NCBI GenBank assembly: GCA_030167865.1
Contig: JALAGF010001026.1
Span: forward strand, 1 to 64,000
Length of the DNA stretch: 64,000 nucleotides
Reading direction: 5' to 3'
Source of the DNA: Craspedostauros australis
Taxonomy: Eukaryota
Within the stretch, counting starts at the first letter, position 1. Every line of letters begins with the position of its first letter. The notes below the pieces were generated by a model. That model worked only from the letters and a program-made list of their open reading frames with translations. It made no database searches and was not told the origin of the DNA. Of this stretch, positions 13,891-24,965 are shown one piece after another. The translations under genes were made by a program, and so were the position numbers.

Positions 13891-15414
13891 TCAACTCAAA
13901 AAGTAGGCCACCAGGTCGTGCGCCGACACGACACCCACCAACCGATCTTGCTCGTTGACGATGTACAGTCGGTTGAAGCGCAGCTGCGCAAAGTACTCAA
14001 AGATGGCCTGCAGGGTGTGGGTCGTGGAGCAGGTATGCAGGGCGTCCGGTGTCGTGACGTCGGTCCGTTGCTGCTGCAGTATGTCTTGCAACTGCAAATC
14101 CAGATTGGCGACGGCATCCTCTGCATCGGTGGCACGCGTGAGGAAGGTGATGTCGCTGCGGGAGTACACGCCGATGATCTTTTGGGTTTCGGCGTCGACG
14201 ACGGGCAAGGCGCCGAGGTTGTGCAAGCGCATGAGTTCGAGGGCCTGGGCCAAGGTCTGGGTCGGTCCCACGGTGACGAGGTTGTCGTGGTAGGTGCCGA
14301 TTCGCAGATCGTAGATGGAGTCATCGAAGAGACGGCGGTTTTCCCGGAAGTGCGTGACCAGGTGCTCCAGGACGTTGGTGTATGTGATGCAGGCAAGGAC
14401 GCGCATGTCTTCCGGCATGACGATGGGCAAGAAATCCATCTTCTTTTCGTGCAGGAGCTTGCATGCCTGCTTGAGGGTGGTGCTGCTGTCGGCGGACCAG
14501 AATCCGAAGTTGGTCCCCACGGCCTCTCGGATGGATGCATCCTGGAAGATGTCAGCAATCGATCGTGTCGTCAAAGACGCAACGTTGGAATTGGTGGTCT
14601 TGCAATGTCTGAGGATATCCAGGAAGTCAGTGACCTTGAGCAGGCCCACGAATTGACAGAGCGTTGGATCCCACAAAGGTGCTGCCTGCATGTCTGCGAG
14701 CAGGCATTCGAGAGAGCATTGGAGATGGGACGGAGCAGAGTACGGATATGACATCGCGATGGTGGTATGCGTGGTAGAAGGTGGTGATGGCGGTGTGTGA
14801 GACCCACTGCAAAGCATCGCAGAGTTAGGCACATCAAGGCAATGGCAGGGAAGGCAGGTCGACGAAGACCACATCAAATCGGGGCTGAACAGAACGAGGA
14901 GATGGCGTTGATTTCGTCAACTGTTGACGTCCATTCGCCGTTCACTGTTTCACTGGCTGGCTGACTGGCTGGCTCATCCATCCATCCATCCATTCCCTCA
15001 TTCATTCATTCAGCTCAACCCCAATTCCTGCTCGTCGTCGCTGCTGCTGCCTCTGCATACGAGCTGGAGTGTGCACAGCCAAATGCACATGAGGGCTTTC
15101 TTCCATTCCTCACATAAGGCTGCCGCACACCCGCAAGCATGCAATCAAAGTTGAGCTCCAAGTCCCAACTCACCGTGCTCCACAAGGGCGTAAAATGCCA
15201 GCTGGATGGGTATGCGTGTGTCGAAGACGACGACCTTGCCGCTCGCCCGCAGGACGGAGTAGCAGTTGTGGCCGTCGAGGAAGGCGGAGATGGCATCGCG
15301 TCCTGCCTGACGCAAGACTGCCTGCTCGTTGACCAGATTGGAGGCGCTCATGGGAAGTCCATTGACGTCTGCGGCCGCAGCAGCCACATCGGACATCAGC
15401 TGCTGTTGTTGCAT
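13891..15414 (-). CDS. SNF4: AMPK/SNF1 gamma subunit (CBS-domain protein); exons 15414-15174 and 14693-13891
   Basis: CYSVLRASGKVVVFDTRIPIQLAFYAL, APLWD...FVGLLKVTDFL, LRIGTY and GVYSRSDI match the four-CBS gamma subunit. The junction G|AC gives HD. Confidence 0.88.
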
Positions 15415-15899
15415 CTGCAGAGGATTGGCGGCGTGTTGTATTGAAACGGTGACGGGAGTTGGGTGTAAGTGCGCATCTAATGTGTTGATTGACGGATTGT
15501 GATCGGTTGGGATCCTTCTATTTCATTGTCTCTTCTCTCTGCGTGACACCTGTGTCTGTTTCGAGCAAATTCACGAACCAGCCCTTTTGAAGCGCCAATT
15601 TCCATCAGCCAACCTGTTGTCACAATACTTAGTGGCACAAAACGTCCAGATGTCCATACGACGTCTCATGGACATAGAGGTTCGACATCGACTTGCAAGG
15701 TTAGTATATAAAGATAGACTACCTGTACTGCACATCAAAAGTATAAACCACATCATATATGTTTGTCATAAATGTAACACCATGCCATTACATAATCCAA
15801 AACATTGACTAGCATCTAATGAAGGGATAATTCCTGCTTCAGTTGTAGATCTGTGCATCATCTATCTGTTTGCTCCAAGTGCTTGCTTTGTGGATCGTA

Positions 15900-17313
15900 T
15901 TCTGACCAAACCTTCATTGGAAAGGATAGAAATATTCCATTCTAACAAGATTGGCGCATTGAGAGCATCCCAATCGGAAAATGCCAGCTTGGGAGTGTCT
16001 AGATCCATCTAGAAGGTGTTGCAGATATACGCGATCAAATTATTTGATACCGTACGGTGACTGTGTGTGGTGTGCAGGGTTTTGACCAAACCTTCATATG
16101 AAAGATCCAGCATGTAAAATTCTACTAACCCCATCATTGCGACGGCGCTTCAATGGGTATGGGAGTGGCTTGGGAGGATCTGGATCCTTCTCGAAGGAGT
16201 GTTGGTATCCAAATCTATGAATCTCGTGATACTGTGCGGCACACATGGCTCTGTACTCCATTCCAACTATCTATGCATTCTACAGGCCGTTTGAGAGATC
16301 CGAGCAACCATACCACTCCAAACATACCACATATAATCCAGGCATGGAGTTTGAAGTCATAGTTCCATCAGGAAGGGATCAAAATCTGCAAATGTGAATA
16401 TCACGCAGTACTGAACGTTGTGCATCAAGCTGTACGATGTTCTGAGCACATGTACATTGGAAATTTCGATCATCTTCCAATCCAACGCTTCGCCCACTCC
16501 AATCTTATTCCAAAGAGTACAATCCTAGAGTTTGGGGTCCTAGATCTGTCTGGAAATGATCGAAATCTGCAGATGCTGATATTACCCAGCACTGCGCGGG
16601 ACGGGAGTGTGCGGCACAAATCGCACTGGACAGTATTCCGCATATCTATGCATCCGGCCAGCTGTCTTGAGAGATGCAATCAGCCAGGCTACTCCAAGCA
16701 GACTCCAAAAGCGATGGCCATGGAATTGAAACACCAAGATCTGTTTGAAAAAGATTTAATTCTACAGATGCTGATGTCCAGTGGCACTTGGCAGCACCGT
16801 GACATGTGAATCACCTGGGCACATGCTGATACGCCTTGCTGACGCCTGTACGGCATCAAACAACATATCCGTGCTATGTGGAGTGTGTTGTGAGCCATCG
16901 AAGCATTGATTGGAATAGAATTGACATTTTCTATGCACATATGCTTGGAATGCTGTACAACAGGATGCATACCGTTCAGTACTGCATGATATCAGCATCC
17001 ATTGAGTTCGATCCCTTCCTGATGAATCTAGGACTTCAAACTCCATGGCTGTAGTCCTTGGAGTGTGCTTAGAGTGGTGCAGCTGATTGGATCTCTCAAA
17101 ATGGCCTGCCAACTGCTTTGATATGCAGCAGACTGTACATGATGATGTGCATTGCACAGAATCATGTGATTCACGGATTTGGATACCAGCATCTCTTCCA
17201 GACAGATATAGATGCTGCAAAGCTGGTATTATTCCAATTGGAATGCTCTCAATGGGCCAAACTTGTTTGAATGTAGAATAGTATTGTGCTCCTTTCCAAT
17301 GAAGATTTCATCA
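15900..17313. mobile_element. Degenerate foldback-like element or satellite relic: about 5 forward and about 2 inverted ~180-bp subrepeats
   Basis: TGACCAAACCTTCAT occurs at 15903 and 16083. Exact inverted matches: 15912-15926/17290-17304, 16343-16358/17032-17047, 16366-16380/17010-17024. The region is CpG-poor and has no intact transposase ORF. Confidence 0.6.
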
Positions 17314-18319
17314 TCCTTTCTTCTCTCGTTCATTCTGTCGTCTGCACAAGAGATGGGCGCAGTGCGGTGCTGTCCTGAGCACAGAGGGGCAACCAGAATC
17401 AGAATTGATTGCCAAGGTGATGAAACAGAGAAGCTAGAGGTATCTGGACGACCGCAACCAAGATGCTGTCAATCACCACACACACACCCAACTCGGAAAA
17501 GGCGAAACCCAACGCCGATCCTCTTGGCACCATGGTCGTCAACCTCTCTCTGCGTCTCTCCCTCTCTTGACTCTCTGCTTGTTGACACACAGCGATACTG
17601 CAACACGATCTGTCACAGACATCAGCCCAAGTTCTTCTCCTTTTGACTCTCTCGATCAAAAGTGATCCCGCCAAGAATCAAGTGCAACAACTTGCATAGC
17701 TCATAACCCTTTCTGATCACTCGTTCAATCGTTGTTCGTGGGGATGTGACGCGGACAGGCATCATTCGAAAACCAACGGGCTGATTGGTGCACACGAGTC
17801 GTTGACAATGGTGAGGCGTTGTGGTGCCGTCACGGCGCAACGATGACAGCTGCAGCGGCGGCCGCGGTTCCATGACCAACCAAAATTACGCGCACGGAAC
17901 ACGCACCACACGGCCTGCACGTTCCATCCCAGTCGGGGACAGTCGAACCAAGAGATTCATCAACACCTCTTGCGGAGCAGTCTCGAAGAACAAACAGCAC
18001 CCGAGAGCAACAGCAACGCCAGCGGCATCAATTTGATCTTCCAAATCTGCATCCAACTACGACGATTGCATCAATTCACCACTTCAGCGAAGGAACGAAG
18101 GCACCCACATCGAGATTCAAACTTGCATCCGTGGAAGAACAGGAGCATCACAACCCATTCTGTGCCGCAGACTTTCCACTACTAGAGAGTAGAGAGTACA
18201 GGCAGACCATTGCAAGAACAATACTCCACCTCGCACACGCAATAACATTCTATTCTATAATAGAATATAATACAATAGTGTATTAGCAAACCAAGAAGAA
18301 GACAGAAAGAACAACCAAG

Positions 18320-19693
18320 ATGGGTGGCAAGGAACAGACAGAAGAGGAGCTCGACAGGCAGATCGAGATGTTCAAGGTCAAGAAATTGATCAAGAACCTG
18401 GAGGCTGCCCGCGGAAACGGAACCTCCATGATCTCGCTCATCATCCCTCCGGGCGATCAGATCAGCCGCGTCAACAAGATGCTTTCGGACGAGTACGGAA
18501 CGGCCTCCAACATCAAGTCTCGCGTCAACCGCCTCTCCGTGCTCAGCGCCATCACATCCACGCAGCAGCGCCTCAAGCTCTACGCCAAGTGCCCCAAGAA
18601 CGGCCTCGTCATCTACTGCGGAACCGTCGTCACGGAGGACGGCAAGGAGCGCAAGGTCAACATCGACTTCGAACCCTTCAAGCCCATCAACACCTCCCTC
18701 TACCTCTGCGACAACAAGTTCCACACCGAGGACCTCAACGAGCTCCTCATGGACGACGAGGCCTTCGGCTTCATCATCATGGACGGTAACGGCAGTCTCT
18801 ACGGCACCGTCCAGGGATCCAACCGCGAGGTCCTGCACAAGTTCAGCGTCGATCTGCCCAAGAAGCACGGCCGCGGAGGTCAGTCCGCCCTGCGTTTCGC
18901 GCGTCTCCGTCTCGAGAAGCGCCACAACTACGTCCGCAAGGTCGCCGAGATGGCCACGCAGCTCTTCGTCCCCGACGGCCAGAAACCAAACGTCCAAGGC
19001 ATCGTGCTGGCCGGTTCCGCCGACTTCAAATCAGAGCTCATGCGCTCCGACCTCTTCGATCAGAGGCTGGCCAAGATCGTCGTCAAGATGGTCGACGTCA
19101 GCTACGGCGGCCTCAACGGCTTCAACCAGGCCATCGAGCTCAGCGCCGACTCGCTCAGCCAGGTCAAGCTCATGAAGGAGAAGAAGCTGCTGCAAAAGTA
19201 CATGGACGAAATCTCGCAGGACACTGGCAAGTACTGCTTCATGGTCGACGACACCCTCAAGGCGCTGGACCTCGGTGCCGTCGAGGACCTGATAGTATGG
19301 GACAACCTCGACATCCAACGGTACGTCCTGCGCAACAGCAGCACGGGCGAGGAACGCGTCGTGCATCTCAACCCCTCCCAGGAGCAGGACGCCGCCAACT
19401 TCAAGGACGAGAACGGCGTCGAGCTGGACATCGGCGAGAAGGAACCCATGGTGGAATGGATGGCCAACAACTACAAGAACTTCGGTTGCAATCTGGAATT
19501 CGTCACGGACCGATCGAGCGAGGGAACGCAGTTCGTCAAGGGATTCGGTGGCATCGGCGGCATCCTGCGATGGAAGGTCGACTTTGCCGAGCTTAATTCC
19601 TTCGAGGAGGCAGCTTTGCTGGATGACGGCGATGACGATGATGATGAGGAGGTCGATGACTATGGTTTTGATGATGGCGATTACGGATTCTAA
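18320..19693 (+). CDS. ETF1: Eukaryotic peptide chain release factor 1, intronless
   Basis: [15 protein letters not shown] and GRGGQS motifs, with strong codon bias. Confidence 0.98.
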   Translation: MGGKEQTEEELDRQIEMFKVKKLIKNLEAARGNGTSMISLIIPPGDQISRVNKMLSDEYGTASNIKSRVNRLSVLSAITSTQQRLKLYAKCPKNGLVIYCGTVVTEDGKERKVNIDFEPFKPINTSLYLCDNKFHTEDLNELLMDDEAFGFIIMDGNGSLYGTVQGSNREVLHKFSVDLPKKHGRGGQSALRFARLRLEKRHNYVRKVAEMATQLFVPDGQKPNVQGIVLAGSADFKSELMRSDLFDQRLAKIVVKMVDVSYGGLNGFNQAIELSADSLSQVKLMKEKKLLQKYMDEISQDTGKYCFMVDDTLKALDLGAVEDLIVWDNLDIQRYVLRNSSTGEERVVHLNPSQEQDAANFKDENGVELDIGEKEPMVEWMANNYKNFGCNLEFVTDRSSEGTQFVKGFGGIGGILRWKVDFAELNSFEEAALLDDGDDDDDEEVDDYGFDDGDYGF

Positions 19694-20465
19694 GCGCCTC
19701 GGCAGCCGCCTTGTCGATGCGCCTTGTCGATGCGATGCATGCAATTATGGCGTGATGGTATGCACAGTTGCATGGCATGACAAGCGAAGCAAAGCAAATC
19801 AAAATAAGTATGAATCGTACCATTCTGCTCTCCCATGTATTCTGGTATGGTACATGCTCTATACGACTGCTTCATGGCCTGTATGTCATGATGTTGCTCG
19901 GCGCCCCCAACAGCACCGCGGCGCTTTGCGCCAAGTCTGGTTTGGATGGAGTGAAGTGGATGCAGATTCAACGAAGATACCATACAAAAGGCACCAAGAT
20001 ACCACCATTGATATCGTAATTTGCAAGCATATTGAATAGTACATAGAGTTTTACATACCGCATATGTGGTACCATTTCCATGAAGAGAATGACCACCACG
20101 AAAAGAAAGGTTGCCACAACAGATCGGCATCTTGGAGAACAAACAGGATGGATGACATCTGGTTCTGCTTCTCTCCTCTCTGGATTCCCAGTCACCCGCA
20201 CATCATCTTGTTCCGACCACGAAGTTCCAATTACCCGCGCCCGGCCTTCTTGGCTCGTTGTCACCCAGAGCACCCATACATCGCACTTGCGTGCCAAGAC
20301 AAGCCACTGCGACTGATTGCGAATTGCAAACCAACTATCGATGGAAGGCTCCCGTACATCTTAGTACCATACGTAGCAGACTAACACAATCACAAACACA
20401 GACACAAGCGAAAGCAGAAGACGCACCATCAGACGCAACCAGAGCACAGCTGTTTGATACGCAGA

Positions 20466-23400
20466 ATGCGCACCAGTGGTATCCTCCGAATGAGCGTCCT
20501 GCTGCTTGGATCGGCACAGTTCTGGTGCGGCATCCGCAGACGCAATGTCGTTCAGGCGTTTGCCACGCGTTCCAGCAATCTTCCTTTCTTGCATCATAGA
20601 CAGCACAGAGAGGATAGACAGCATAGGCAGCATAGACAGCACAGAGAGCAGCAGCAGGCACATCGACGCACGTTTCACAGTTCGACAGCCTTGCAGGGCA
20701 TCCGCGGATTCCGCGGCTGGTTCGAATCGCGATTTCCCCAGGCCATGGTGAAAGTGCCCAAGACACGGGGGAAGGGGGCGAAACCCGCCAAGCCTCAGAT
20801 GTTTGATCACGTCCTCATCGACATGAATCAATTTCTGCACGTTTGCCTGCGTCGCTCCGAATCCGACGATCACGCCTTGCTCTCGCTCATGCGAGAGCTC
20901 GACGATTGCATCGCCACGACGACTCCCACCAAGACCTTGGTCCTGGCCATGGACGGCGCACCACCCTGCGCCAAGCTGGCCACGCAGCGACGTCGTCGGT
21001 CCGGCAACATCAAGCGATCGCAGTGGAAAATTGATCAGTTCCCCAAATTCCAACACCGCTTCAGCCCCGGACGACGCAAGAAGAAGCTGCGCAACTACCA
21101 GGGTGAACTGCGCACCATCTGCTTGACGCCGGGCACCGACTTCATGGAGCGCTCCGAGGACGCGGTGCTGTATTGGACATGGCAGCGATTGCAACGATTC
21201 AGCAAAAGCCCCTTAGCAGAGCACAACGTGGCGGTGTACGTGTCGTCCTCCAGAATCGCAGGCGAAGGCGAAGTCAAGCTGCTGGATTGGATCACGCAGC
21301 ACCGGGCCAAAGGCACCATCGCCCTGCTGGGTGGCGATTCCGACTTGGTCTTGGAGGGTCTCGTCGTGCCGACCAAATTCACGCACGATGTCTTCGTGCT
21401 CTTGCCCGAGATCGACTGCAAGTACACCTGCGTCAGCCTCTGGGAGATGACGCGCACGTTATCATCGCAGCTGCCGTGGCTGTCGACACAGCAACTGCTC
21501 TACGTGCGCACCGATCTCGTCATCCTGCTCATGCTCAATGGCAACGATTACTTACCCAAGCTGAATGGTGTCGGCAATTTCGAACGTGCCATGAAGGCCT
21601 ACTTCAAGGTGCTGCGGGAACTGCCCAAGACCCACCCTGGCCCATTCCTGGTCGATCCGAACAGCTTGGAATTCCAGCTGGATTTTGCCATCACCTTTTT
21701 CCAAGCCGTGGCACGTGGCGTCATGGAGCCGGGCCCAGAGATTCAGGAACAGCATCACTTGAACAACAAGGAAAACCTGGGACTGCAGCATTTGAGCTCC
21801 TTCGTAGATTCCGAATTCTTGCCGGGGCCCATCGTGTGTCAGGAAGTGGGAAAAGAGGGGAACTCCGATGAGGATGGTGGCACTCCCACTTCTGCTACTG
21901 CTACTGTTACTTCTAACATTCCAAACAACGCAACGAATGGTGAAATCCCCGTATTTCAACGAGACAGCGATGACGGCGTCATCGATACTGACATCGACAC
22001 CGACATTGATATCAACGACGATGGTACATTTCAGGAATATGCGCTGGGTGAAGACGGTGAAGGTGACGTCAGTGAAGACGACGACGACGACGACGAGGAA
22101 GATGACTTCCTCCACATGGAGTTACTTCTGGGCAAGCCAGACTCTGGCGACTTCTATCGATACGAAGCCAAGATGGAGAGCGACACCACGTACCGAACGG
22201 CTCGGGACAGGTTGGCCATTATGGCGCTGGAGGACATCATGGGAGTCGGATATGTAAGCAGCCTTGGCCTCTACGATCGCGAAAACGAGGACGATGGCCC
22301 TCCGACGGACGACTCCACTTCTGCATTCGATTGGGAAATCAAACACCCTGTGGAAGGCAAGGTGGATACTTATCTGCTGGGTTTGCTTTGGAACTTGCAA
22401 ACCTATCAAGACGGCGTGTGCGCCGATTTCGGGTACAACTATGGTAAGCGTCACGCACCACATCCCAACAAGATAGTCAGCTTCCTCAAGGATGCCAAAG
22501 AGAACAACCGCAAGGTGGGACGGCTCAGCCTCATGAATGGACCCTTCCGGTCCCCTCCAAGTGCTGGCATTGCGGGCTTGGCGGCTTTGCCGGCGGAGCG
22601 CCAGCATTTGGCGCCGGAACCGTATCGATCAATCCCATCGAGTCGCGTGGAAGACATTTACGGCGCGTGCGTGGACCCTGTGGACAATTGTTTCGATTTG
22701 CAACAATTCCGAGAATTGGTGGAAGCAGAAGGGCAGAAATGGGCCAAGGATGCATCTGAGGATGGCAGCGACAGCAGCCCCGAAAGCGACAGCGATGACG
22801 ACGGAGGCAGTGATGGTACAACCCAGAGCATCACAGCAACGGAAACAGCGTGGACAGTCTTCGAAAGGTCATCGCGACGGGTCAAACACCAGTACCGACC
22901 TCCAAAACGCTTCACGCCGCAGGTGTCCCGCCTGAGAAAGAACCCGTTCATGACAGTCAAGCAGGTAGAGATCACCAAATATCCTCGCCGACGGTCTGTC
23001 TGGGAGACAACGGAAGAGGAGACTGCTGCGTCCAAATTAATACGCAGCGCGCGACGCAATGAGGGCCGCCAATCCAAACACGAAGTGCGACACTCCGAGC
23101 TCGATAATCCTGCCTTGGAGAACACCGATCCGCTCGAAGTCAAGTATGCAACAGCCTTTGGGGGCAACACTGACGAACGTACCAGTTCTCCAGCTGTGTG
23201 GTCGACACAACCCAAAGAGGAGACGCCAAAGAAGCCACCGAAGAAGGAGATGGTTTCGAACGCACAAAGCAACCTGCTGCAGCGCATGGAGGATTTCGGA
23301 TACCAAATACCAGCTGAAAGAGCTCTGCAAAGCGTGGACGGACTCACTGCTTTGGCGTGCCTGCAACAGCTCGAAGCCATCGACTTGATCGCTTCCATGT

Positions 23401-24191
23401 CGTGGAAGTACCAATCTCCATCTCCCAGCGCCTTTGCCTCCCTTGCCCCGGAAGAGTTCGAGGCGGTAGTCCTGAACATTGAAGCCATGAATGGTACATC
23501 GATGCAATGGCAGCAGGATCGCAGCTCCAAGCACGGGGCTCGGCAACTATTGAAGCAACATCTTGCGGGGGTGGCTTTGGACGATCTGCTGCGATCGACT
23601 TCGACATCGTGGGATGACATGAACTTCTCTGAGATGAAGGCAATCCTGAAAAAGCAAAACGACAAGACAATGAAGAGCAGCGCGAAGAGTGATGTCAATG
23701 GCCAAAGCGACAGCAACTGTGAAGGGACGAAGGGCGACAGCAGCACTAGCAGCATCAGCAACGATGCTGCTGGATCTGGCAAACATGATGGGGACGTGAA
23801 GAAGCCGCCCAAACGAACGCCGATTGGAACGACCAAGGCACCGAATGGAGACGTGCGCATCGACACCAGCTCCGTCCCCCAACCGCAACTATCCGTCGAA
23901 AAGCAAACCCCGCGGTACTGCCTGGATGCGATGACCTGCATCGACGGCATCGAAGTCCAGTGGGTCGTGGAGAGCGTGGGAGAGGACGACATGGAACAAA
24001 CCAGGCTGACAACCACCATGAACAACCGCACGATAACGTACGTGGGAGGGCGCAAAGCGAGTTCCCAAAGCCGAAAGTATTTGCACCATTTTCTGGCAAC
24101 CAGGGCGCTGGAAGACATGGTGGGCCCACAATGGCGCACAGTCTCATTGCGCGAGCTGTTGCGTTTAGTGAAGCAAGAGAAAACTGCGTAA
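20466..24191 (+). CDS. XRN-family 5'-3' exoribonuclease with N-terminal extension and atypical C-terminus
   Basis: XRN_N motifs GIRGFRGWF, LIDMNQFLH, AMDGAPPCAKLATQRRRR, TPGTDFM, GEGEVK, GGDSDL, GNDYLP, and later YLLGLLWNLQTY. Confidence 0.85.
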   Translation: MRTSGILRMSVLLLGSAQFWCGIRRRNVVQAFATRSSNLPFLHHRQHREDRQHRQHRQHREQQQAHRRTFHSSTALQGIRGFRGWFESRFPQAMVKVPKTRGKGAKPAKPQMFDHVLIDMNQFLHVCLRRSESDDHALLSLMRELDDCIATTTPTKTLVLAMDGAPPCAKLATQRRRRSGNIKRSQWKIDQFPKFQHRFSPGRRKKKLRNYQGELRTICLTPGTDFMERSEDAVLYWTWQRLQRFSKSPLAEHNVAVYVSSSRIAGEGEVKLLDWITQHRAKGTIALLGGDSDLVLEGLVVPTKFTHDVFVLLPEIDCKYTCVSLWEMTRTLSSQLPWLSTQQLLYVRTDLVILLMLNGNDYLPKLNGVGNFERAMKAYFKVLRELPKTHPGPFLVDPNSLEFQLDFAITFFQAVARGVMEPGPEIQEQHHLNNKENLGLQHLSSFVDSEFLPGPIVCQEVGKEGNSDEDGGTPTSATATVTSNIPNNATNGEIPVFQRDSDDGVIDTDIDTDIDINDDGTFQEYALGEDGEGDVSEDDDDDDEEDDFLHMELLLGKPDSGDFYRYEAKMESDTTYRTARDRLAIMALEDIMGVGYVSSLGLYDRENEDDGPPTDDSTSAFDWEIKHPVEGKVDTYLLGLLWNLQTYQDGVCADFGYNYGKRHAPHPNKIVSFLKDAKENNRKVGRLSLMNGPFRSPPSAGIAGLAALPAERQHLAPEPYRSIPSSRVEDIYGACVDPVDNCFDLQQFRELVEAEGQKWAKDASEDGSDSSPESDSDDDGGSDGTTQSITATETAWTVFERSSRRVKHQYRPPKRFTPQVSRLRKNPFMTVKQVEITKYPRRRSVWETTEEETAASKLIRSARRNEGRQSKHEVRHSELDNPALENTDPLEVKYATAFGGNTDERTSSPAVWSTQPKEETPKKPPKKEMVSNAQSNLLQRMEDFGYQIPAERALQSVDGLTALACLQQLEAIDLIASMSWKYQSPSPSAFASLAPEEFEAVVLNIEAMNGTSMQWQQDRSSKHGARQLLKQHLAGVALDDLLRSTSTSWDDMNFSEMKAILKKQNDKTMKSSAKSDVNGQSDSNCEGTKGDSSTSSISNDAAGSGKHDGDVKKPPKRTPIGTTKAPNGDVRIDTSSVPQPQLSVEKQTPRYCLDAMTCIDGIEVQWVVESVGEDDMEQTRLTTTMNNRTITYVGGRKASSQSRKYLHHFLATRALEDMVGPQWRTVSLRELLRLVKQEKTA

Positions 24192-24965
24192 GCAAAAGCG
24201 ATGAGGGTGAGAACGAGAACGAGAGCGCGTAATAGATTAGAACCCCATCATGCTTACGAGTTTACCATAGCGCACTGGAGGACTCTGATAATGGTACTCT
24301 ACTATACATTATCATAATGGTATGTAGCATGCCTCTCTGTCGACAGGTCAAGAGCCCATGAGGGTGCAGCGGTTTCGGCAGGTCTCACCTTTCCTCCTTG
24401 TGGTCATTGGATCCTCGGAGGCTGTGGAAGTTCCACGTTGGTCGAACCGTGGATGACGACAGCGGCCAACACGTTTTGTGAGGCAGCTTTGTGTTTCTGT
24501 TGTGTGGTCCCTTGAGTCATGTTTGTTTTACTCACGAAACAACAATGCGATTGTTCCTGCTCTCCCTTGTCGTTGGACGAAATTCGGTGTTCTCTTGACG
24601 TAACAGAGTTCAGTTTTTCGCTGTATCTTGCACTAACGCTAGGAAGAGATGAGTGCAACACCGAGATGAGCGAACGCTTTCGTTTCGAAAAACCACCACC
24701 GCAACACAACGCACCCAAAACCAAGGAACGAATGGAGCACGTTCCTGCAACGCCAGTGGTTCGTGTGCAATTTCATGAGAGTCAGAGAGGTGAGAGAGAG
24801 AGAGGTGAGAGGTGAGAGAGAGGTGAGAGGCGAAGAAAAAGCAGGCAGGGTCACAATCCAACAATCCAACAATCGACACAATCAACACAATTGAAACAAG
24901 CAAAAAGACAACAAAGCAAACAGAGTGACCGCATAGCCAGTAGCAACAAGAAGAACAGACGCAAG

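Noticed and set aside
16420-16809. VLDLSGN LRR-like peptide in a short ORF
   Set aside because: It lies within the ~180-bp DNA repeat; neighbouring copies are frameshifted or stopped and occur on both strands.
15900-17313. CRISPR-like array or centromere interpretation of the repeats
   Set aside because: Units are long and degenerate with no repeat-spacer structure, and the GC drop is modest, so a centromere cannot be claimed from sequence alone.
19691-19780. eRF1 autoregulation by stop-codon readthrough, or a variant genetic code
   Set aside because: The stop context is TAA-G, which is not leaky, and the NIKS and YxCxxxF motifs are canonical. The 13-bp duplication in the 3'UTR looks like slippage.
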